A stretch of 64,000 nucleotides of DNA, from contig LVAO01000008.1 in the NCBI GenBank assembly GCA_001604065.1, positions 40,646-104,645 of the forward strand. Reading direction: 5' to 3'. This document shows positions 57,867 through 64,000 of the stretch, one piece after another (position 1 is the stretch's first letter; every line of letters begins with the position of its first letter). Source of the DNA: Clostridiales bacterium Firm_09. GTDB taxonomy: Bacteria > Bacillota > Clostridia > Christensenellales > DTU072. A program made the translations under genes and the position numbers. The notes beneath the pieces are model-generated. The model made no database searches, was not told the DNA's origin, and saw only the letters and a program-made list of their open reading frames with translations.

Positions 57867-57951
57867 CATATTTATATAAACTTTGTTGCAAATTTGAGAA
57901 AGAAATACCTGTATCGCAAAGGCGGCAGGAAAAGCAGGCCGACCGGAGAGA

Positions 57952-58893
57952 TTATACGGACGGCTGCATTTTCTTTGAAGGATTTTGCTCCCCGGAATAA
58001 TTTCTTGTATACAGGGACTCATCGATATCGTTTTTGCCCGCCAGGCAGCCACAGAAGTTTTCAATAAGTTTTTTTGCCTTTTCGTAGGCCGAAATTGCCA
58101 TTTCTTCCACGGTGAGAGAGATGGTTTCGCTTCCGTCTTTATATTTTGGCACAGGGGAACGCCGATGGTTGAGCCAGTCTTCGTTTTTGTGTTCCTTGCG
58201 GGGACGGATGAAAGCGGAGACAAGCCTCCCTTTGCCGGCAAGTGTCTCAATCAGGCGAATGAAGGCGTAGCGCAGGCCTGTTCTGTCGTCGCAGACCCGC
58301 AAGAAAATCCGCATCAGCTTCAGGGATTTCGCCGCGGTTGCTGCAGGCAATACCATCCCGAAACGCGGCGCTACCACGGAAGAGTAATATCTGCCCACGG
58401 CCTCTCTTGAGGCATCAGAAATATCCAGATTCTTATATCCCAGGTAACGTTTCGGATTGACCTGAATGTAATCTCGGACGCAAAGAAAGTCCAGACTGCT
58501 CTCAAAAAGGACGTGTATGTTTTCTTTTGCAGAAGGAGGATAGAAATCCGGAAGATCGTTCATTCTGTAATAAATATATGGATGGAGTTGGGAATCCAAC
58601 GCATAATGACAGAGCTGACCCAGAAGGAATGCGGTGATGGTTTCGCCTTCCGGGACGGTTCGGACATAATCCGCCGACGCCCGGAACAGAGCCGCTGTTT
58701 CGAAGGAACCATGGATCATTTCGCCGAGTTTATTGAGAGGCGGCTTTTCATAACGCATATAGAACAACAGATCCGGCCCCTGGCCGCCGACAAGGTAGGC
58801 CTGCAGATCTTTTCCGGCAATCCCCTTTTCATAGTCGGACAGACTTTCATAGACACTTTTTGCAAAATACCAGTGAACAACATTGGACGGCAT
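57952..58893 (-). CDS. Zinc-dependent phospholipase C-like family protein
   Basis: N-terminal VVHWYFA ... YLVGGQGPDLLFY ... MIHG pattern. The ATG at 58893 follows AAGGAG. Confidence 0.5.
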   Translation of the reverse strand: MPSNVVHWYFAKSVYESLSDYEKGIAGKDLQAYLVGGQGPDLLFYMRYEKPPLNKLGEMIHGSFETAALFRASADYVRTVPEGETITAFLLGQLCHYALDSQLHPYIYYRMNDLPDFYPPSAKENIHVLFESSLDFLCVRDYIQVNPKRYLGYKNLDISDASREAVGRYYSSVVAPRFGMVLPAATAAKSLKLMRIFLRVCDDRTGLRYAFIRLIETLAGKGRLVSAFIRPRKEHKNEDWLNHRRSPVPKYKDGSETISLTVEEMAISAYEKAKKLIENFCGCLAGKNDIDESLYTRNYSGEQNPSKKMQPSV

Positions 58894-59183
58894 AAACGTT
58901 CTCCTTCTACGTTGATATGCCAATATTGTAGCATACTATTTTTCGGATTTTCTCAAAAGGGCAGAAAAAAACAAACCGAAAAAACAGAAACGCGGCACCG
59001 ATACAGAAAAGAAATAGGGATAATCGAATGTTTTTCGGATTACAAAAGTTTGTTGAGTTCTCCCCAAAGCTCATTGTCAAATGCGGTTGAAGCAAGAGAG
59101 AGAACGCTGTCATACTTGCCCTGCCTTGCGATGCGGACATCCGGAATCATTCTGCAGGCATGAGCAATGTTTTTATTTGCTCT

Positions 59184-59218
59184 GTAAAAAGAAGAATGCT
59201 CCGGCCAGCGGAGCATTC
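59184..59218 (-). terminator. Intrinsic terminator after the 58-aa ORF
   Basis: GAATGCTCCG / CGGAGCATTC 10-bp stem with a 5-nt loop, followed on the minus strand by TTCTTTTTT. Confidence 0.7.
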
Positions 59219-59239
59219 GATTAGTGTCTGCAAAAAGGT

Positions 59240-59416
59240 TTATTTTTTGCCTTTTTTGCTTTTCTTGGATTCTTCTGTGGCGGCGGCAACCGGCATAACC
59301 GGAGCCGTTCCTGCTTTAAGGATATACGGTGCACCGGGGAATCTGTATCCTGCGGGCGTTGCCGTCTTTGCATAGGTGTCCATATACGGTGTATCGTCGA
59401 CCGTTCTTTTTTTCAT
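59240..59416 (-). CDS. Small unlisted ORF (58 aa) with Lys-rich tail
   Basis: Below the 60-aa cutoff of the ORF track. GGAGGCGGT lies immediately before the ATG. Sequence: MKKRTVDDTPYMDTYAKTATPAGYRFPGAPYILKAGTAPVMPVAAATEESKKSKKGKK. Its own terminator follows. Confidence 0.5.
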   Translation of the reverse strand: MKKRTVDDTPYMDTYAKTATPAGYRFPGAPYILKAGTAPVMPVAAATEESKKSKKGKK

Positions 59417-59510
59417 ACCGCCTCCTTGAAAATATGATATTTTTAAATATTATATCATATACATGCAAGATTGACGCAATTTTTTTTACTAAACCCGGCG
59501 TTTGATGGAA

Positions 59511-59804
59511 TTATTTGTCGTCTTCTCCTTTGCCAAGCTGTTTGATGATCTGATTCATGCCTGTCGCGGATAACCCGCTTGCTCCGCCGATGACTGTGGC
59601 GAAGAGAGGATTCTGGGCGATGATGACGCCTGGCGCGGCATAATAGGAGACGACCCCGAGGACGACTCCGAGTCCCGCAGCGATGAGCGGTATAAAACGT
59701 TTTAATTTTTCATTATTATTTGCGGCATACTTGATCAGATTGATGATCCAATATACGATTGCAGTGATGGCCGGTACGCTTATTGCGTAGACATAGCTTT
59801 CCAT
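59511..59804 (-). CDS. Phage-holin-like small membrane protein
   Basis: 97 aa from the ATG at 59804 (AAGGAGA SD). Two to three TM helices and a charged C-terminal tail (KQLGKGEDDK). Resembles the SPP1/holin-type families as I recall them. Confidence 0.5.
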   Translation of the reverse strand: MESYVYAISVPAITAIVYWIINLIKYAANNNEKLKRFIPLIAAGLGVVLGVVSYYAAPGVIIAQNPLFATVIGGASGLSATGMNQIIKQLGKGEDDK

Positions 59805-59975
59805 GATTTTATCTCCTTGTATTCGTTTTTTCTGCAAACCCTCATGAAGAGGTTTGTATTCTATATGTATGATGATTTGCCGGGATTTCGATATTGCAAA
59901 GCAATAATAGCATCCGTTTTGTTATAATTCAAATTTTCTGTCCGATAATTTGAGCAAAAAACATTCAAAAAAATC

Positions 59976-60004
59976 TTGCAATCTTCTGAAAGTTGTACTA
60001 TAAT
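59976..60004 (+). promoter_or_regulatory. htpG promoter
   Basis: -35 TTGCAA (59976-59981), 17-nt spacer, -10 TATAAT (59999-60004). Confidence 0.65.
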
Positions 60005-60009
60005 ACCGA

Positions 60010-60036
60010 TTAGCACTCATGAGGTAAGAGTGCCAA
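60010..60036 (+). promoter_or_regulatory. CIRCE operator (HrcA binding site)
   Basis: TTAGCACTC-ATGAGGTAA-GAGTGCCAA versus the consensus TTAGCACTC-N9-GAGTGCTAA. One mismatch. It lies between the -10 and the SD of htpG. Confidence 0.8.
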
Positions 60037-60056
60037 TATCAACAAGAGGTGAAATC

Positions 60057-61907
60057 ATGAAGAAATTTAAGACAGAATCTCAACGCGTGCTTGATCTGAT
60101 GATCAATTCCATTTACACTCACAAAGAAATTTTCTTGCGTGAGCTTCTTTCCAATGCGAGCGACGCAATTGACAAGCTGTATTATAAGAGCCTCTCGGAC
60201 AATCTGGGGTTTTCAAAAAGTGATTTTTTCATACGCATAGAGGCGGATAAGGACAAACGCACATTAAAGATTATTGATAATGGCATAGGAATGACCGCCG
60301 ATGATCTGGATAACAATCTCGGCATCATCGCAAAAAGCGGTTCGCTGGATTTCAAAAAGAACAATGAAGCCAAAGAGGATATCAACATTATCGGGCAATT
60401 CGGTGTAGGTTTTTATTCTTCTTTCATGGTCAGCGAAAAGGTGGAGGTTCTGAGCCGCGCCTACGGCAGCGAGGAAGCGAATCTCTGGACATCTTCCGGC
60501 ACAGAGGGTTATGAGATTGTCAAAGCAGAAAAATCCTCCCACGGCACCGAAATCACCCTGCACCTCAAGCCGGATGCGGAAGAAGAAAACTACAGCGATT
60601 TCCTGGATGAGTATCGCATCCGCGAGCTGGTCAAAAAATACTCCGACTACATCCGTTACCCCATTACGATGGAGGTAGAGAAAACGCGCGAAGACGAAGA
60701 GAAAAAAGAGGAGACTTATAAAGAAATCGAGACGCTCAACTCTCTTACTCCTATCTGGAAAAAGCGCAAATCGGATATCAAGGACGAAGAGTACAATGAG
60801 TTCTACAAAAGCGCCTTTTACGATTACACCGACCCGTTGAAGGTCATCCATTTTACCGCAGAAGGCGCGCTGGAATACAAGGCGCTTCTTTTCATACCCG
60901 GACGCGCGCCTTATGACTATTATTCCAGAAATTACGAAAAGGGTCTCCGTTTATACACAAACGGTATACTGATTACAGAAAAATGCGCAGAGCTTTTGCC
61001 GGATTATTTCAGCTTTGTCAAGGGCCTGGTGGACAGCGAGCTGACCTTGAATCTCTCACGCGAGACGGTCCAGCATGACAGAAGGCTCAAGCTCATAGCA
61101 TCCGCCATCGAGCGCAAGATCAAAAGCGAGCTTGCCGACATGCTGGAAAACAACCGTGAAAAATATGAAAAGTTTTTTGCGGAATTCGGTCCCCAGCTCA
61201 AATACGGACTCTATGAAAACTGGGGAGTCAATAAGGATGCGTTAAAGGATCTGGTGATATACAAATCTTTGGTGAAGGATAAATTCATTACTTTCAAAGA
61301 GTATGTTGCCGCCATGAAGGAGGGCCAGAAATATATATACTATGCCTCCGGAAAAACCGCCGATGCGATCAAGGCGCTGCCGCAGACCGAGAAGGTTCTG
61401 GATGCCGGCTATGATATTTTGTGCCTTACGGAGGATGTGGACGAGTTTGCCATTAAAGTTCTCAGAGATTATGACAAAAAAGAATTCCGCAACGTTTCCA
61501 AGGATGATCTGGGCATGGAGAACGAAGCAAAGCCCGTGGAATCGGAGAAGGATAAAGAAATTCTTGCCTATCTCAAAGAGTCGTTGGGCGGCAAGGTTGC
61601 GGCCGTCAAGTTCGGCACGCATCTTAAGTCTCATCCGGTATGCCTGACTTCCGAAGGTGAGCTTTCGATCGGCATGGAGAAGGTCTTCAATGCGATGCCC
61701 GGCGCAAAAGGTGTTTCGGCAGAAAAAATTCTGGAAATCAATGCTTCGCATCCTGTCTATGCCAGAATTGCTTCGCTCTATGAGACGGATAAGGAGAAGG
61801 TGCGGGATTATGCAGAAATCCTGTATGGGCAGGCTTTGCTGATCGAAGGTCTGCCGCTTGAAAATCCCGCAAAATACTCCGATCTGGTCTGCAAGGTCAT
61901 CAGCTGA
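60057..61907 (+). CDS. htpG: Molecular chaperone HtpG (Hsp90)
   Basis: N-terminal ATPase motifs IFLRELLSNASDAIDKL and DNGIGM. 616 aa from the ATG at 60057 (AGAGGTG SD). Confidence 0.95.
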   Translation: MKKFKTESQRVLDLMINSIYTHKEIFLRELLSNASDAIDKLYYKSLSDNLGFSKSDFFIRIEADKDKRTLKIIDNGIGMTADDLDNNLGIIAKSGSLDFKKNNEAKEDINIIGQFGVGFYSSFMVSEKVEVLSRAYGSEEANLWTSSGTEGYEIVKAEKSSHGTEITLHLKPDAEEENYSDFLDEYRIRELVKKYSDYIRYPITMEVEKTREDEEKKEETYKEIETLNSLTPIWKKRKSDIKDEEYNEFYKSAFYDYTDPLKVIHFTAEGALEYKALLFIPGRAPYDYYSRNYEKGLRLYTNGILITEKCAELLPDYFSFVKGLVDSELTLNLSRETVQHDRRLKLIASAIERKIKSELADMLENNREKYEKFFAEFGPQLKYGLYENWGVNKDALKDLVIYKSLVKDKFITFKEYVAAMKEGQKYIYYASGKTADAIKALPQTEKVLDAGYDILCLTEDVDEFAIKVLRDYDKKEFRNVSKDDLGMENEAKPVESEKDKEILAYLKESLGGKVAAVKFGTHLKSHPVCLTSEGELSIGMEKVFNAMPGAKGVSAEKILEINASHPVYARIASLYETDKEKVRDYAEILYGQALLIEGLPLENPAKYSDLVCKVIS

Positions 61908-61920
61908 TTGCGAACCGCTT

Positions 61921-61958
61921 AAAAAAATGCACTTCGTTTTCCGGAGTGCATTTTTTTA
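61921..61958 (+). terminator. Intrinsic terminator after htpG
   Basis: ATGCACT / AGTGCAT stem flanked by an A-run and TTTTTTT. Confidence 0.7.
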
Positions 61959-61985
61959 TTTTCGTATGTTTTCCCGGAAGTTTCA

Positions 61986-62768
61986 GTGTATAATGAAAAT
62001 ATGGAAAAAGATAACGGAAATTATATTATCGCTTTATTGATTGACACCGATAACGTTTCGGCAAAATACATCAGCGCTCTGATCAAGGAGCTCATTGTTC
62101 TGGGACGCGTATCCTATAAAAGGATGTATGGTGATTTTACCAAAAACTCCGCCGAGAGCTGGCGGGCGATTGTCAACGATTATTCAATCACGCCCATCCA
62201 GCAATACACCTACACCGTAGGGAAGAACGTCACCGACTCCAAAATGATCATCGATGCGATGGATATCCTTTACAGCGGAAATGTCAACGCGATGTGTATC
62301 ATGTCCAGCGACAGCGATTTCACGGGTCTTGCGAAGCGCCTCAAGGAATCCAATATCTATGTAATCGGCGCGGGCGAAAAAAAGACGCCGTCTTCCTTTG
62401 TCCGTGCGTGCGACCGGTTTTTTGTGCTGGAAGAACTGATAGAAAGAGAAGAGCCCATCCAATCCGCAACGGCATCCAAAAAAGAATCTCCTTCCGCCCA
62501 AAAGCCCCCGGAGGAGGCTACCGTTGACGAAAGCACCAAACAGATCAGCAAAACCGAAATTGAGGATTTTGTCTCAAAAATTCTGGAGGATTTCAATGGC
62601 AAACCCTGTCCCATCAGCATCATCATGCAGAAGATCTACCAGGCCTATCCCCAATTCAACTACAAGCAGTACGGAGCAAAAAAGGCAATGGACTTTTTCA
62701 ACAACAAAAACAAGTTTGCCATCAGCCGCGGCAAAAGCTCCGACGTTGTGCTGATCAGCCTGATATAA
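61986..62768 (+). CDS. NYN-domain (LabA-like) ribonuclease-fold protein with C-terminal OST-HTH/LOTUS-like domain
   Basis: LLIDTDNV ... YGDF ... SSDSDFTGLAKRL...VIGAG motifs. The start is either GTG at 61986 or ATG at 62001. Confidence 0.7.
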   Translation: MYNENMEKDNGNYIIALLIDTDNVSAKYISALIKELIVLGRVSYKRMYGDFTKNSAESWRAIVNDYSITPIQQYTYTVGKNVTDSKMIIDAMDILYSGNVNAMCIMSSDSDFTGLAKRLKESNIYVIGAGEKKTPSSFVRACDRFFVLEELIEREEPIQSATASKKESPSAQKPPEEATVDESTKQISKTEIEDFVSKILEDFNGKPCPISIIMQKIYQAYPQFNYKQYGAKKAMDFFNNKNKFAISRGKSSDVVLISLI

Positions 62769-62780
62769 ATCGGATATCTT

Positions 62781-63605
62781 ATGAAAGTTTTCTGCCTGAT
62801 TGACAATCGTTCTTCCTCTCCGGAATTTCTGTGCGAGCATGGACTGAGTTATTATATTGAAGCGAACGGCAAAAAAGCGCTCTTCGATACCGGAGCGAGC
62901 GATTCTTTTATCAAAAACGCGGTAAGGATGGGGATCGATCTTGCGGAGGTTGATTTTGCCGTGATATCGCACGGACACAACGATCACGGCGGCGGGCTCA
63001 GGGCATTTTTTGACTGCAACAAGAATGCACCCATTTATATACGCGCCAATGCCTTTGGGGAATATTATTCCCGGCGTACGACGGGCACGGCATATATCGG
63101 TCTGGACAAAACGCTCAAGGATAACGCAAGATTTGCCTTTACCGACGGCAAACCCTTGGTAATTGCGCCCGGTTTTGCCCTGTTTACGACGCAAATTCGC
63201 AAAGAGCCTCTCTATTCCACCAATGCCACGCTCAAAGAAAAGAGAAAAGGTGTTCTGTTGCCCGACCGGTTTTTCCATGAGCAGAACCTTGCGATAGAAG
63301 AAAACGGAAAAAAGGTTTTGATAGCCGGCTGCGCCCATAACGGGATACTCAATATTTCAGACGCGTTTCAGATTCTTAAAGGCAGCGCACCCGATGCGGT
63401 GTTCGGAGGATTCCACCTCTGTAATCCTGGCAGCGGAAAGAACGAAAGCGAAGAAGCCATTGCGCGTTTGGGAGCGAAACTTTTATCGGCAGGCGCTGTC
63501 TGCTATACGGGGCACTGTACGGGTACGGAACCGTATCTTCTGCTTAAAAAACAATTGGGAGACAAACTATGTTCCTTTGATGCGGGCAGTATGGCAAATA
63601 TATAG
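62781..63605 (+). CDS. MBL-fold metallo-hydrolase
   Basis: HGHNDHGGG (HxHxDH) motif and a later GHC..T motif. 274 aa. Confidence 0.75.
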   Translation: MKVFCLIDNRSSSPEFLCEHGLSYYIEANGKKALFDTGASDSFIKNAVRMGIDLAEVDFAVISHGHNDHGGGLRAFFDCNKNAPIYIRANAFGEYYSRRTTGTAYIGLDKTLKDNARFAFTDGKPLVIAPGFALFTTQIRKEPLYSTNATLKEKRKGVLLPDRFFHEQNLAIEENGKKVLIAGCAHNGILNISDAFQILKGSAPDAVFGGFHLCNPGSGKNESEEAIARLGAKLLSAGAVCYTGHCTGTEPYLLLKKQLGDKLCSFDAGSMANI

Positions 63606-63613
63606 GAGAAAGA

Positions 63614-64000
63614 ATGCTTGCAATCCAACATATCCGTACAGAAAACAGACCCGGCTCGCCTGTTACCGACAATCCGGCCCCCCGGTTTTCTTTTGCTTTG
63701 CAAAGCGACAGGCAGGACGTCATACTTGCTTATGTGCGCGCTGTTGTCCTCTTGGAAGGCAAAGAAATCTGGGACAGCGGCAAAATAAAAGGCGGAGAAT
63801 GCCGCATAACGTACGGCGGCAAAAAGCTGTCGCCGTTTACCGCATACGAGGTCCGGCTGGAAGCCGGCGACAATACAGGTGATTCTGCAGAGGCATGTGC
63901 AAGCTTCAGTACCGGCAGGCTTGGGTTGCCTTGGGAGGCTGTTTGGATATCCGATCCAGTCTATTTGCCCGAACATAAAAAATCCCCCGTCCCCATGAGC
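63614..64000 (+). CDS. Alpha-L-rhamnosidase (GH78) N-terminal fragment, truncated by the window end
   Basis: The ATG at 63614 follows AGGAGA. The frame stays open to the window end. PRFSF.L ... WDSGKI ... Y.G..L.P.T.Y.V.L ... F.TG ... W.A.WI follows the GH78 N-terminal domain pattern. Confidence 0.5.
   Translation, partial: MLAIQHIRTENRPGSPVTDNPAPRFSFALQSDRQDVILAYVRAVVLLEGKEIWDSGKIKGGECRITYGGKKLSPFTAYEVRLEAGDNTGDSAEACASFSTGRLGLPWEAVWISDPVYLPEHKKSPVPMS

Noticed and set aside
57839-57870. Possible CtsR operator (two GTCAA repeats) in the RHH-gene/clpB promoter.
   Set aside because: The two GTCAA motifs are 16 nt apart. The CtsR heptad direct repeat needs a spacing of about 10 nt and a longer A/GGTCAAA match.
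59511-59804. The holin-like gene as evidence of a prophage.
   Set aside because: No lysin, structural, terminase, integrase or att-like repeats lie within several kb on either side. The flanking genes are chromosomal housekeeping genes.
61986-62003. TATAAT at 61989-61994 lies 6 nt before the ATG at 62001 of the NYN gene, suggesting a second leaderless mRNA.
   Set aside because: There is no acceptable -35, the site lies immediately after the htpG terminator, and a GTG at 61986 preceded by GGAAG is an equally good conventional start. The evidence is too weak to report as a finding.

Overview
This 64-kb window looks like the dnaA-proximal chromosome region of a spore-forming Firmicute of the class Clostridia. 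Supporting signs are cwlD-like, yabP and yabQ genes, strong GGAGG-type ribosome-binding sites, CCA-encoding tRNAs and mid-range GC content. All protein calls rest on motifs I recognise in the supplied translations; I ran no database search. I can support about 50 CDS, and coding density is high.

Gene content, left to right:
- mnmE, mnmG, rsmG, an orphan parB/noc-like gene and gltX, all on the + strand.
- A four-tRNA operon (fMet, Met, Glu, Val).
- gyrA, gyrB, dnaN and dnaA on the - strand.
- A VTC-domain / DUF4956 / beta-helix lipoprotein operon.
- rlmA, tilS-hpt-cca, clpB and htpG with a CIRCE operator.
- A two-gene AmmeMemoRadiSam variant.
- A TetR+MMPL pair, zupT, several glycoside-hydrolase-like genes and cell-surface genes.

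I found no rRNA, CRISPR array, transposase, integrase or prophage block.

Most unusual observations:
1. The origin region is rearranged.
   - DnaA-box-like repeats and an AT-rich tract lie in the dnaA-dnaN spacer, but there is no box cluster upstream of dnaA.
   - dnaA lacks a Shine-Dalgarno sequence and starts 9 nt after an extended -10.
   - A perfect DnaA box pair and an extreme AT tract sit upstream of gyrB instead. gyrB shares a 14-nt promoter core with dnaA.
   - recF is replaced by three unrelated genes.
   - Two 15/16 parS sites are present.
   - The mnmE block converges on gyrA rather than diverging from dnaA.
2. An uncharacterised VTC / DUF4956 / Cthe_2159-type operon reads directly into dnaA. 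It is a candidate membrane-coupled polyphosphate system.
3. A 630-bp ORF-free insertion between mnmG and rsmG carries a 365-bp element bounded by 21/23 inverted repeats.
4. A 26-bp tandem duplication frameshifts a DUF421 gene.
5. A LigB-like::AMMECR1 fusion is paired with the AmmeMemoRadiSam radical SAM enzyme.

None of these could be confirmed computationally here. Each finding lists a decisive test.
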